DNA of 64,000 nucleotides from Eledone cirrhosa (taxonomy: Eukaryota): positions 69,254,001 through 69,318,000 of the forward strand of contig OZ024745.1 in NCBI GenBank assembly GCA_964016885.1, in the 5' to 3' direction. Of this stretch, positions 27,152 through 41,625 are shown in pieces (position 1 is the stretch's first letter; each line of letters starts with the position of its first letter). Made by a program: the position numbers and the translations under genes. The notes below the pieces were generated by a model, which made no database searches, was not told the origin of the DNA, and saw only the letters and a program-made list of their open reading frames with translations.

Positions 27152-27331
27152 ATTGGCAGTATCGGTAGAGGGTCAGACACCATGCTTTGCAGCACAGTTA
27201 CGTCCCTTTACGAACTGAATTCAAATCCCGCCGAGGTTAACTTTGCCTTTCATCCTTACGGGGTCGATAAAATAAAGTACCAGTAATGTACTGGATAATT
27301 GCTGGCCTTGTGCCAAAAGTAGAAACAATTA
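27152..27331 (+). mobile_element. tRNA-derived SINE (Meta-domain-like), apparently nested in an older repeat
   Basis: Same consensus; aattatatgag occurs on both sides (TSD-like). Confidence 0.87.
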
Positions 27332-27966
27332 ATTATATGAGCAGAATATTCCGCTGATCAATTCGACTGGGATACTCATCGTCAGAACTGACGGAGGTCT
27401 AAGAACACAGAACACAGCTTTAGAATTAAATACATTCTTTCTGAATGTGTGTAATACAAAGTGCTATTGTTGAACGCAATGTAATGATGTAATAGTGTAA
27501 CCTGTTATTTAGTGTGTATTTAAACAACATCTAGAGTGTATTAAGTAAAACTATCTGCAGTTAGTAAGTAAACAAGGAACTCATTTACATGGATATCTTT
27601 TGTTCTTTGTTTCAACAAATAACATATATAATGAAATAATAATGAAATGGGAGAATGAAAAACATAAAAGAATAAAAAGAATAAATGAATAATAAAACAG
27701 AATAAAAGGCGATTAACTGAAGATTCAGAAAATACTATATACAATGAATTAGAAACAGTGTATAAACAGTCACATATACACCCTCATACGCACTCACATA
27801 CACTCACATAGTTACTTATATATATATTTATATATTTGCACATTTATATATACACACGCACACGTATGAATATACATATATCTATATGTATACACTCACA
27901 CATCTCTCTCTCTCTATATATATATATATATACATGTCTTTACATATGCATATGTAAACATGTATG

Positions 27967-28039
<73 letters not shown>

Positions 28040-28041
<2 letters not shown>

Positions 28042-28187
28042 CAAAGAAGGTGTTGTAAGATGCCAGGTGGACCCTAACGCACCAGAGTACTCGATACTTA
28101 GGGTAGTAGAGTGGTTAATAGGAAAAGTTCGGATCTAGCTGTCGAAACGTCCGGAGCTCAGCCGTCGGGGAGCTGACTCTTTTCCTA
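28040..28187 (+). repeat. Unclassified TA-embedded repeat, copy B
   Basis: Shares ccaggtggacc.taacgcacca.agtactc.atacttagggtagtagagtgg.taataggaa with copies A and C. Confidence 0.75.
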
Positions 28188-29626
28188 TATATATATGTAG
28201 ACTCCAGACTTCTGGCAAGAGTATAGGCAATATTGTATAGGCATCTTTATTGTATATATCAAAGTGACTTCTACATGGCTAGAACTGTTTCATCCGTATG
28301 AAATCAGGAATGTCCTATATATATATACGGTTGTTGCGTGGCACAATGTTTATAAGAACACTGTGTGTATCCTTGTGAGTACATGTGTGCATATGTTTCC
28401 ATATGTGTATATGTGTACGTGTGTGTGTATATATTACGTTGGAAATAATGCTGACGTCATCTAGATCAGCATTTGGTCAACGAGGAAATACTGGTATCGA
28501 TGTACTAAATATTTCATGCAAACAGTCAGTCTTTATAGTCTGAAATAATACTTATCTATATTATTTAGAAGAATGTAAACTTTACTTCATCTTCAACTAA
28601 ATTTATCTTGTCTATTTATATATTTTCATCATATGAAGAAATGAAGGCCGCTTTGCATAATCACTAGAGACTTGGGCGAGTTGTATTTTATTATGTCTCC
28701 TTGCGTTGTGAGTTCAAACCTCGTCATGATATTTGTTTTTCTTTTATCTGGGTTTTATAAAATAAAGAATCAGTAGTGTGTTAGATTAACATAATTGATT
28801 GTATCATGTTAACAAACGGTATTTAAAAAATTCAAATTAAACTGAATATGAGGAATGAGGTGATGGTTTCGAACAATTTGAAATTCCAAATGAAAGCATC
28901 CCAGTTTGCATTATGAGTTTATTTTAAATTAGTTTCCAATCCTAGAGGGAACCTATCTATTATTTTATGCTTTTAGCACTGTTGAGTATGAATATTTTCA
29001 CTTGGTGGGGTTAATTTTCATCTTGACTTGACCTCAACAACGCGATGGAAGAAAACATCCTGCTGCCTCGATTGAGAATCGAGTCCATAACATTATGATG
29101 GTGCCCGAAACAATCTTAAAACTTGGCCAGGCACATTTATTGCAGTTTCTAAAGTAAATGCTGACTGAGCTGACACACGATATAAAACAGTTCATCCGAG
29201 TACATTAGATTTTAAAATAAAAATCACATGATGTGTAGAACAATAGGCGGTGAATTGAAGGAATCGTTAGGATGCTGAATAGAATGATTTGCGGTATTCG
29301 TTCATCTTCTTTTCCAAAGTTGTATTTTGTTCTTTAGCGTTCGATAAACAAAGTATAAATAGATTCCGACGCCCTGTTTAAAATTAATGCCTCACCATTT
29401 AATACAAACAAACAAACCGGAAATCAAATCAGTAATCAACTTTTTATTGCTTTATATCCCTTTCTCTCTTCGGTTAAAAGTGGGCGATATCGGCTGTTTA
29501 GGATTTTTCGACTGTTGGTGACAATATGCTCAGCCTGTTCAACTGTTTCATAGTAAAAATCCTTAAGATAACATAATTTCAATATTATAATAATAATAAT
29601 AATATAATAATAATAATAATAATAAT

Positions 29627-31746
29627 ATTGAGCAGAAAGGGTGTAAACGAGGCTCATATGGCTGTAAGGATGAGCTTCTGGTTAACAAAATGATACTGCA
29701 AGATTGTCATAATAGACACAAAAATCTATCGATTGCTTGGATAGATTATAAAAAAGCATTCGGTAGTTTGCCACACAGTTGGATTGAAAAATGTTTAGAG
29801 ATTTTCAAAATATCCCACGTTGTCAGGAGGTTTTTGTCATTCAGTATGAAAACATGGAAAACGACACTCCTATTGACAAGGAAACAAAATCACTGGAAGC
29901 TGGAGAAGTTAATATTAATTGTGGAATTTTTCAGGGTGACTCTTTATCACCGCTTTTATTCTGCATCGCACTTATACCATTAAGTAAAATGCTCAATGAA
30001 ACAAAACATGGATATAAAGTCTATGACAAAACCATTAATCACCTGTTCTACATGGATGAACTGAAACTATTTGCAAAAAATGATGAAGAATTGCAAGGCC
30101 TATTATCCACTGTGAAGCAGTTCAGTGATAACATTAAAATGGAGTTTGGACTAGATAAATGCGCCAAAGCAACGTTCACCAGAGGAAAGCTGCTGAAGAG
30201 TTCAGACATTAATCTTGATCGGGGGAACGTGATAAGAGAACTTGATCAAGAAAAAACTTACAAATATCTAGGTGTTTGTGAAGGAGACGGAATCAAGCAC
30301 TCGACGATGAGGGAAAGGATAAGGAAGGAATGTTACCGCAGAGTAAGAGCAATCTTAAGAACGGAATTGAATGCAAGGAATAGGATCGATGCCATAAACA
30401 CGCTTGCCATACCAGTAGTAACCTACAGTTACAATGTCATCAACTGGTCAAGCACAGAGATCCGTAGGCTCGATACAAAAATTCGAAAATTCTTAACCAT
30501 GCACAGAATGCATCACCCTAACGCAGATATAGATAGAATATATCTCCCTAGGAAAGAAGGAGGACGTGGGTTAATCAAGTTAGACATTGCGTTGAAAACT
30601 GCAACAATTGGATTATCTACATATCTAAGGGAATCCCATGATTGGATGATCAAACTCGTTTTGAAACACGAAAGCATCAAAAGATCATATTCCATTACAA
30701 AAGATGCAAAAAGATACAGTAATGGACTACACATTTCAGAAGTCCCATTTACTGCTGAAATGGAAAGCACAGAAAAAGCAAAGCAGGTAAAAGTAACTGC
30801 AAAGAAAGAACAGCTACAGAAACTGGCTAAGAAATGGCAAGAAAAGCCTCTGTATGGAAAATACCCAGAGCGAGCTAACAATCCTGATGTTGACAAAACT
30901 TTAACCCATCAGCGGTTGGCATCCTCTGGACTGAAATCGGAGACTGAAGGAGTGATTATATCGGCACAAGATCAGTGTCTGCCAACAAAAAATTACCAAG
31001 TCAACATAATAAAAATGGGTACAGCCCATTATGCCGTGTATGCAAAAAACAAACAACCAGAGACCATTGACCATATAATTTCAATGTGCAGTCCTATAGC
31101 TCCAACCGAATACCTAAACAGGCATGACAGAGCTGCACAATACATACATTGGATAATGTGTAAGCATTTTGACCTGCCCCATCAAAAGAATTGGTGGGAG
31201 CATCAACCACCTCCCATACTTGAAAAAGATCACATCTCAATCTTGTGGAACTTTAGCATCCAAACAGACCGAAAAATAGATGCAAATAGACCTGATATAA
31301 TATTGAAGGACTTTAAAAAGAGGGTATGCCTGCTAATTGATATGTCCGTTCCAATAGACAAGAATGTATTTATAAAAAAATTTGAAAAATCAAGCAAGTA
31401 TAAGGACCTGGAGATAGAAATTGGAAAAATGTGGAAATTGAGAACTAAAACAATACCAGTGGTTGTAGGCGCTCTGCGAATGATACCTAAGGGGTCTAAT
31501 GATTACTTATCGCAAATCCCAGGAAACCCGCGTATAGGAGAAATACAAAAGATAGTACTAATGGGAACTGCCCATATACTAAGGAAGATTCTGTCAATAT
31601 AAGTATATCACAAGTCTAAACACTAAAGATGCATGTGTGAATATGTATGTTATTTCTTGAACATGGCGGACCTTGTTGTCTCTTGAGGTCACTGGTTGTG
31701 ACTTGGTGATAACTCGTATGAACATAAAGCAAGATAAATGCAACTG
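29627..31746 (+). mobile_element. R4/Dong-type LINE family A, 5'-truncated copy 1 (RT C-half plus RLE)
   Basis: ORFs 29690-29983 and 29791-31602; (TAA)n on both sides; nearly identical to the 5864-9335 copy; RT motif reads YMDE. Confidence 0.95.
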
Positions 31747-31764
31747 TAATAATAATAATAATAA

Positions 31765-34700
31765 ATTGTAACACTTCGAATCCCAGGGTTGGGGCGGAAT
31801 CACTGGCAACAGAACAAATTAAAGAAAGGATCGAAAAAGTGGAGGGAGTGCATGCTCAAGATGAAACTCCAAATGAAAATAATGAGATCGTAAATGATAA
31901 AGAAATGAATGAGAATGAACTTGCCAACTTGAAGGATGAAATTATGATCGAATGGATGAAAATGAAAGAATCTGACATGGGGCAACGAGACACCCTCCCT
32001 AAGATCCAGAACTCCAAACAGAACCAAAAGATAATACACAAGACTAACATAATTCTCAAAAACATTATCATCACAAACAAACTAAACATTACTGATTTAA
32101 CTCATATCTATTATGCATCGGCTAAAGTCACCACTCACTTATGTGGAGTGAAGATGATAAAACAAAGGAATTCCCCAAGAAATCTACTTGGCAAGAGAAC
32201 ATCAATCGCCAAATAAACCTTCTCCGATCTGACAGAAATTTTGACAAACTATAAAGTAGGTGAACATGTTAAACAAACTAAACTTAGAAAATTGAAAAAA
32301 AAAGTACAGTATAAAATCAACAAGTGACATGCTGATAGAAATAATCAAGCAAAAAGTGTCGGCCAAAGCTCCTCGTATAAGGCGCTTTGAAAAACAATCT
32401 AGATTCTATAAGGACAATAATATGTTCAAAAACAACCAAAGAAACTTCTACAGAAAAATTGGTAAGTCAACAATAACTGCTAAACCAATACCACCCAAGA
32501 AGGAAGTGCAAGAATTCTGGGAAAAGATCTGGGCCGAAGAAAAAGTTCATAACATACATGCCCCATGGATAGACAGACAAATGAAATATAGAGCGCACAT
32601 TGAAGAACAAATATGGGAAAATATAACAGTTGAACAGTTGCGCTAGGCTCTAAGAAAAACCAGCAAATGGAAATCCCCAGGAAAAGACAAAATACAAAAT
32701 TTTTGGATAAATGCCTTCACAGAGTCTCATGAGCTGTTAGCCCAACTTTACAATGAAATAGTTAAGGAGCCAGAAAATATACCACCATGGCTAGTTAACG
32801 GCATTACATTCCTGCTTCCGAAGAATGATGAGACAAACAATCCCAAAAATTACAGACCGATAACTTTCTTGACCACAATGTATAAAATTTTAACATCAGT
32901 TCTAACTGAATACACATATGACCACCTGATAACAAATGACCTATTTCCCATTGAGCAGAAAGGGTGTAAACGAGGCTCATATGGCTGTAAGGATCAGCTT
33001 TTGGTTAACAAAATGATACTGGAAGATTGTCATAATAGACACAAAAATCTATCAATTGCTTGGATAGATTATAAAAAAGCATTCGATAGTTTGCCACACA
33101 GTTGGATGGAGAAATGTTTAGAGATTTTCAAAATATCCTCCGTTGTCAGGAGGTTTTTGTCATTCAGTATGAAGACATGGAAAACGAGACTCCTTTTGAA
33201 TAGTGAAACAAAATCACTGGAAGCTGGAGAAGTTAATATTAATTGTGGAATTTTTCAGGGTGACTCTTTATCACCGCTTTTATTCTGCATCGCACTTATA
33301 CCATTAAGTAAAATGCTCAATGAAACAAACCATGGATATAAAGTCTATGACAAAACCATTAATCACTTGTTCTACATGGATGAACTGAAACTATTTGCAA
33401 AAAATGATGAACAATTGCAAGAGCTATTATCCACTGTGGAGCAGTTCAGTGATGACATTAAAATGGAGTTTGGACTAGATAAATGCGCCAAAGCAACGTT
33501 CACCAGAGGAAAGCTGCTGAAGAGTTCAGACATTAATCTTGATCGGGGGAACGTGATAAGAGAACTTGATCAAGAAAAAACTTACAAATATCTAGGTGTT
33601 TGTGAAGCAGACGGCATCAAGCACTCGACAATGAGGGAAAGGATAAGGAAGGAATGTTACCGTAGAGTAAGAGCAATCTTAAGAACGGTATTGAATGCAA
33701 GGAATAGGATCGATGCCATAAACACGCTTGCCATACCAGTAGTAACCTACAGTTACAATGTCATCAACTGGTCAAGCACAGAGATCCGTAGGCTCGATTC
33801 AGAAATTCGAAAATTCTTAACCATGCACAGAATGCATCACCCTAAGGCAGATATAGATAGAATATATCTCCCTAGGAAAGAAGGAGGACGTGGGTTAATC
33901 CAGTTAGAAATTGCGTTGAAAACTGCAACAATTGGATTATCTACATATCTAAGGGAATCACATGATTGGATGATCAAACTCGTTTTGAAACACGAAAGCA
34001 TCAAAAGATCATATTCCATTACAAAAGATGCACAAAGATACAGTAATGGACTACAAATTTCAGAAGTCCCATTTACTGCTGAAATGGTAAACACAGAAAA
34101 AGCAAAGCAGGTAAAAGTAACTGCAAAGAAAGAACTGCTACAGAAACTGGCTAAGAAATGGCAAGAAACGCCTCTGTATGGAAAATACCCAGAGCGAGCT
34201 AACAATCCTGATGTTGACAAAACTTTAACCCATCAGTGGTTGGCATCCTCTGGACTGAAATCGGAGACTGAAGGACTGATTATATCGGCACAAGATCAGT
34301 GTCTGCCAACAAAAAATTACCAAGCCAACATAATAAAAAATGGATGCAGCCGTGTATGCAAAAAACAACCAGAGACCATTGACCATATAATTTCAATGTG
34401 CAGTCCTATAGCTCCAACCGAATACGTAAACAGGCATGACAGAGCTGCACAATACATACATTGGATAATATGTAAGCATTTTGACCTGCCCCATCAAAAG
34501 AATTGGTGGGAGCATCAACCACCTCCCATACTTGAAAAAGATCACATCTCAATCTTGTGGAACTTTAGCATCCAAACAGACCGAAAAATAGATGCAAATA
34601 GACCTGATATAATATTGAAGGACTTTAAAAAGAGGGTATGCCTGCTAATTGATATGTATGTTCCAATAGACAAGAATGTATCTATAAAAACATTTGAAAA

Positions 34701-35058
34701 ATTGAGCATGTATAAGGAACTAGAGATAGAAATTGGAAAAATGTGGAAATTGAGAACTAAAACAATACCAGTGGTTCTAGGCGTTCTGGGAATGATACCT
34801 AAGGGGTCTAATGATTACTTATCGCAAATCCCAGGAAACCCGCGTATAGGAGAAATACAAAAGATAGTACTAATGGCAACTGCCCATATACTAAGGAAGA
34901 TTCTGTCAATATAAGTACATCACAAGTCTAAACACTAAAGATGCATGTGTGAGTATGTATGTTCTTTCTTGAACATGGCGGACCTTGTTGTCTCTTGAGG
35001 TCACTGGTTGTGACTTGGTGATAACTCGTATGAACATAAAGCAAGATAAATGCAACTG
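31765..35058 (+). mobile_element. R4/Dong-type LINE family A, 5'-truncated copy 2
   Basis: ORF pieces 31839-32216, 32329-32646 and 32869-34914 (RT, zinc knuckle, RLE); TAA tail; RT motif reads YMDE. Confidence 0.95.
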
Positions 35059-35074
35059 TAATAATATTAATAAT

Positions 35075-35802
35075 AATGTTAATGGCTGCGCAGGAGCAGG
35101 CCCTCAAAACGAAGTGGTTGAAACACTACATTTACAAGGAGGAGGCTAACCCACTGTGCAGGATCTGTGGAGAGAGAGAGGAGACTGTGGCTCACATTGT
35201 ATCCGAGTGTAAACACCTAGCCCAGACTCACTATAAGCGCTGGAGACATCATGTGATGGGCAGGGTGATCCACTGGCATCTATGCAAAGTAAACAATTTA
35301 CCACATTCTGAGAAGTGGTATGAGCATAAGCCAGAGGCGGTGATAGAAAACGATCAGGTGAAGGTGCTGTGGGATTTTAGGATACACACGGACAAGAAAT
35401 TGGAACACAATAGACCTAACCTGGTGGTTTTGGACAAAGAAAAAAGATCCTGCCTGATTGTGGATGTGGCCTGCCCATTCGACACGAGAGTGCAAGAGAA
35501 GGAGAGGGAGAAAATTAACCAATATCAGGACTTAAAGTGGGAGGTAAAAAGGATTTGGAACTGCCATGAAGTCAAAGTGATCCCGATTGTCATAGGCGCA
35601 CTAGGGACTATCTCAAAAAGTTTCCAGGGATGGTTAAAGAAAATTGGTCCCTTCACGCTTTTTGGAACGCTTCAAAAGGCATGCTTGCTGGGAACAGCAA
35701 GAACCCTCCGATACGTCCTGAATATCTGAGGCTGCAGGTAGTGGCTTGATATTCATCTCAACAAACTTTCCAGTTAACTAACATCAATGAATGAGACTCA
35801 AA

Positions 35803-35803
<1 letters not shown>
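35075..35803 (+). mobile_element. R4/Dong-type LINE, second family (probably B), 3' part (zinc knuckle, RLE, 3' UTR), followed by (TAA)n
   Basis: AAQEQAL, CRICG..ETVAHIVSEC, HNRPNL..IVDVACP..EK, VIPIVIGALG. Confidence 0.92.
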
Positions 35804-35839
<36 letters not shown>

Positions 35840-35888
35840 TGTCTTATGTTCATATCACTTCTCAGTATGTGGTAAATTGTTTACTTTA

Positions 35889-36400
35889 CTGGCATCTATG
35901 CAAAGTAAATTTACCATATTCTGAGAAGTGGTATGAGCATAAGCCAGAGTCGGTGATAGAAAACGATCAGGTGAAGGTGCTATGGGATTTTAGGATACAG
36001 ACGGACAAGAAATTAGAACACAATAGGCCTGACCTGGTGGTTTTGGACAAAAGATCGTGCCTGAGTGTATATGTAGCCTGCTCATTTTATAGAAGAATGC
36101 AAGAAAAGGAGAGGGAGAAAATTAACCGATACCAGGATTTAAAGTGGGGGTTAAAAAGGATTTGGAACTGCCATGAAATCAAGGTCGTCCCGATTGTCAT
36201 AGACGCACTAGGTACTATCTCAAAAAGTTTCCAAGGATGGTTAAAGAAGATTAGTCCAGCCCCGCTTTTTGGAACACTTCAACAGGCATGCTTGCTGGGA
36301 ACAGCAACAACCCTCCGATACGTCTTGAATGTCCGGGGCTGCAGGTAGCAGCTTGATATTCATTTCAGCAAACTTTCCAGTTAAATAACATCAATGACTG
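35889..36400 (+). mobile_element. Second, shorter 3' fragment of the same LINE family as 35075-35803
   Basis: Diverged duplicate of about 35273-35795, ending in TAA repeats. Confidence 0.9.
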
Positions 36401-36483
36401 ATATTAATAACAATAATAATAATAATAATGATAATTGCTTCTACTTTTGGCACAAGGCCAGCAATTACTCAGTGCATTACTGC

Positions 36484-36614
<131 letters not shown>

Positions 36615-36918
36615 TATATATATGTGTATGTATGTATATATGTATCTGATACCAGTTTATATATGGCCAATATATTTTGCTTTCTAGTATTTAACCATCT
36701 ATATATTCCAATCGGAGGAGCTATTAATGCTATACTAATGCTATAAATTAAGACAAGCACATTTTGTCCCTATAAATACATAATATTTCGTCCCAGAAGA
36801 TGTTTCATAATCTTCATGAAGTACGTGAATACCTTGCTTATAAACTACATACCATTTTGTTTCAAGTTGTGATATACACAGGGTAATTTTTTTATTGTTA
36901 TAATAGCGTCTATTTCTC

Positions 36919-37057
<139 letters not shown>

Positions 37058-37272
37058 CCCTCCTCTTTCTTCGGTAGTTTTAAAAAAAGATTTTAACTGT
37101 TATATTGATGCCATGTATTTTATTTAACTGTATTACACGCACCCTGTCTATTGTTTGTATTATGTTCTTTCATGTTCTCAATATTAGGGTATAAATATTG
37201 AATTTTGTCATATGTCAATCACTACCATGACTGAATATTAACCATCTACTATGTCATCTACATGCATTATCT

Positions 37273-37339
37273 TATTTTATCTGATAAGTATGTACTGTTG
37301 AACTTAACTCAGTACCTCTGAAATATGTATAATAAAATA
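37273..37339 (+). ncRNA. Type I hammerhead ribozyme with G8-to-A core change (same family as 2486 and 4156)
   Basis: tattttat-CUGAUAA-stem II gtactg/cagtac-GAAA(37320-37323)-tatgta-UA-ataaaata. Confidence 0.75.
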
Positions 37340-37379
37340 TAATTGATCACATGAATATCTATTTTGTTAATATTTTGAA

Positions 37380-37435
<56 letters not shown>

Positions 37436-37438
<3 letters not shown>

Positions 37439-37568
37439 CGAAGGAAATGTGGTAAGGAACCAGGTGGACCATAACGCATCAAAATACTCAATACTTAGGG
37501 TAGTAGAGTGGGTAATAGGAACGAGTAGGACCCCGACGCCTGAACTCAAGCCGTTTCGACGGCTAATT
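37436..37568 (+). repeat. Unclassified TA-embedded repeat, copy C
   Basis: Near-identical to copy A over the first about 115 nt. Confidence 0.8.
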
Positions 37569-38714
37569 CTCTCTCTCTCTATATATATATATATGAACAG
37601 ATACCTCCTCTGCAACTTTGACATGTACACATTCCTTTTTCCAGTATTTTATTTTATCTTATTTTATTATATTTTATTTTATGTATGTACACGCATTTAT
37701 ATATAGGTGCCACCCATGTTATCTGTGATTAGGGCATGGCTACTACGTAGCTATTACATTTATGCATATTGTGCATGCACTTTCAGGCTTATATCGCCAC
37801 ATAAATGGGTTGGGTACAAGCCTCAAGAATGTTGTCTCATATAATATTTTATGCGCCATGCGCTCAGTTGCTTGTGTGTGTGGATGTGTACGTATTCATC
37901 AAGTATGTACTATTTTTTAGACGTATACGCATGCCCATGCGCGAGTATGTGTGTCCACCAGATATGCATACATGCATGCGTATGCATGTCTGGGTGGATG
38001 TATTTGTATGAACATGTCTGTGTAAGTGTATGCATGTGTATGTGTAGATCTTCCATTTTTTCATCTATATATATGTGCAGCGTCTTAACTATATACGCTT
38101 TTGCGAGTACAGTGTGTGTGTAGATATGTGTATATTTATCAACAATGCCTTTGAATTAACTTTCTTGGAAGGCTATTTCAAGCATTCTTTTAAAAACGTT
38201 CTTTTTACAGGGTTTATCTGTTTGACATGTATTTTTTTAAAGGTATTTTGGGGCCGTGTTTTTCTGAAACGTTCTGTTAAATGTTTTTCCTTTTTTTAAA
38301 AATTCTTTCTAAGTATTCGCTGAACATTCAATATCTACTGTGATTGTCCAATATAATACAGTTGTGGGTGTGTACGTGATCGCTGTGGGTGTATAAGTGC
38401 CCGTACATATCACGTCTGCGCGAAACATGGACATGGGTGAGGGTGCCTACAAGTTGAGAAGGCGGCAACAGGACGCTAGCGGTTCAATCATACAACCCCT
38501 TACCTCTTACAGTAATAATACCGATTTAAGAAACAACTTTGATTGACAAGTGGTGAATGAAAGCAACCAAATATAGGACGGCCATGTGTGGCAAAAAATA
38601 CCCATGACGTGTACAATTCTTGACCACTCATAGAATGACAACAAGAGGACCTAAGCTGCCCTGTGAGAGCCGCGGGCTTCAATGGACATTTGGAAACTCT
38701 GCTTCATAGAATCG

Positions 38715-38811
38715 AGACGTATCTGAGGACCTTGCGATTTCAGAGTCAGGTTCGATCTGTACATCGATCGTGCCTTGAGTTGGTCGCGAGAGAAACAATT
38801 GTAATATGTCT
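38715..38811 (+). ncRNA. Type I hammerhead ribozyme with a long stem II
   Basis: agacgtat/atatgtct stem I; CUGAGGA 38723-38729; stem II cttgcgatt/ggtcgcgag extended by cgat/atcg; GAAA 38792-38795; palindrome caattg; UA. Confidence 0.85.
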
Positions 38812-39326
38812 AATACATTTTATTCCTCGCAACACTGAGTTTCCGTTTCTTATGTGATATCATACTCTGATCTGTAAGAGCATCGAGTGCTCAAACGGCC
38901 TACCGCTTACGGACGCTCTAAGCGTCCCACACCAATTATATATATATACGATACTCCTGTCGCCTGTCATTTCTGTTCTCCTGGTCATTCTTCCCTACAT
39001 GTTTCAGTCCTGTGTGTCCTTTTACATCATGGATCACAGGCCTCGCGCACCAGGACTGAACAAAGTCTGATTCCCCGTCTTGGGTCCTATTCTCCTCTTG
39101 GACTCAACTCACCTCCCCAATTTCTCTAATATTCCGTCCATTATCACACCCCTAGATTCCTATCGCTTTCTCTTGATCATTAGCAGCTTCTCTTACTACT
39201 AATACATGCCGATACACACCCTTATATTAACATACTTTTGCTCATAGCTTCATACTTACATGCACACACTCTTTTACTCACATATACACACACATTTCTT
39301 CTTAGCTTCGTACGGACCTATAATAA

Positions 39327-39426
<100 letters not shown>

Positions 39427-39662
39427 CTCATGCTTACGCACGTGCTGAAGTATAGCTGTTTTTACAAAACGTTTATTTTTCTATTTCAGGTAGACGCCTG
39501 CCATCATCCAATTTTCTAAAAAACAAATCATACACAAAACGCCAGCACCAACAGTTTTGCAAGAAATGGCATCATGAATGGACCTGTTATCAAGCGTTAA
39601 CCTAATATATTCCTTCCATATACTGTACCGATTGTGTTGTTATTTCTGTTTACCTTTTACAT

Positions 39663-39736
<74 letters not shown>

Positions 39737-40683
39737 TACAGTCAGTAGGCACCTCTTACCAAAATACACCCCGTCCCACTACCCCCACCCCATCCACACT
39801 ACCCCCTTTCGATGTGAAGTTATGTTGGTACCACAACATCCAGTCCTAAATAAATGAGGTCGTGTAGGTGTCACGACAAAAAAAACACACACAGTCCACG
39901 CTGTAATGTGGCCGTGTAGGTAACATGGTAAAAACCTCCCAGTCAACATGTAAACGTGATTGGTGTTAGGAAGGTCATCCAGCCGTAGAAAACCCGCCAG
40001 ACAACCAATCTTGCCTCAATTGGGCAAATTACCGTCCAAACCCATGCTAGCGTGGAAGATGGACGTTAAACGACGATGATGATGATGATATATATGCTCA
40101 CGTGAAGCGCATGAAAGATGATAGCTGTATACAAAAGTGCAGGGCGATCAAAATAGACGGTAGCTACGGAGTAGGCAGACCGAGAAAAACCTGGGACGTG
40201 TTGATAAAATCCGACCTCACACACCTCTCCAAAACAATGTCACTGGACCGAGATCGTTGGCGCTACGTAGTAATACAAAAGACCCGCCTTGCCTAACTAC
40301 AAAGCGAAACCTACAGTCAGTAGCCACCTCTTAACCAAAATACACCCCCGTCCCAACCCTACCCCCACCGTCATCTACACCGCCCCTTTAGATGTAAAGC
40401 TATGTTGGTACCACAACATCCAGTCCTAAATAAATGAGGTCATGTAGGTGTCACGACAAAAAATCACAGTCCAACCTGTAATGTGGCCGTCTAGGTAACA
40501 TGGTAAAAACCTCCCAGTCCACACTGTAAACGTGGTTGGTGTTAGGAAGGGTATCCAACCGTAGAAAACCCGCCAGAGAGTCCTGAGCAAGACAACCAAT
40601 CTTGCCTCAAGTGGGACAATTCCCGTCCAGACCCATGCTAGCGTGGAAAATCGACGTTAAACGATGATGATGATGATGATGAT
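39737..40683 (+). mobile_element. Two tandem RTE-type LINE 3' ends: 3' UTR only (39737-40089) and ORF end plus 3' UTR (about 40095-40683), both with (GAT)n tails
   Basis: HVKRM..GRPRKTW..DRDRWR C-terminal motif; duplicated 3' UTR ending gacgttaaacga(tga)n. Confidence 0.8.
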
Positions 40684-41471
40684 ATATATATGTGTGTATA
40701 TTACTGACACCACTCTTGTAGAGTACGACTTTGTCGCAGGAGTGGTTGAGTCGTAAAAAATGCGTTTGATAATATCAGGTTGTAGGGTTCAATTTAACTG
40801 CGAGGCACCTTGGAAAAATACGATCAATATAGCCTCAGATTTACACAATATATACGGAAACTCTGCACATGCGCCATTGGATGGAATATACCTCTAATTC
40901 ACAGAGTGTGTCACGTTGAATCGGGTGTGGTAATTACATTATACATTGTAAAATGAGTACGCAGCTACTTAGCAATAATTCCATGAGTAAGACGTTCAGT
41001 TGGAATACTCATCATAGAAATCGACGGTAAACATAGCACTATATTTTAGTAGACAACAATGAAATAGTTCTCATTCATCTCTATTTATATAATAATACAG
41101 ACATAACGTTACATAAATGAACGATCAGATATTCCATTATATAAAATTATTCCTTCTTTTCAACATGTAAGCATTTGAGTGCAACCAATAACACAGAGCT
41201 AGTAATCTCCTTACAGACTTTATAGGAAGCACCAAATCACACGAATGTTACTTCACAGAAGCGTTAATACGAATAGGTAAATACATGGTCGTTCCTTTCG
41301 CCTGCTTACAGCATCGTTTAAGAGTTAAAAGGTACATATGTTTCTATATAAAGCAGCTGGATATTCGAATAATTCTAATTCTCCATTGGTGCATGTATAT
41401 ATAGGTAACTGAATATGTTCTCTATACACAATTCATAATAGTTATGGCGATATACAACCATAAATGCACAG

Positions 41472-41539
<68 letters not shown>

Positions 41540-41588
41540 GCATATAATATATTGCACTTTTATGTGTATACACACATACACACACACA

Positions 41589-41624
<36 letters not shown>

Positions 41625-41625
<1 letters not shown>

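Noticed and set aside
27345-27390. Minus-strand CUGACGA..GAAT-tgatca
   Set aside because: GAAA and UH are missing; it appears to be part of an older SINE-like repeat.
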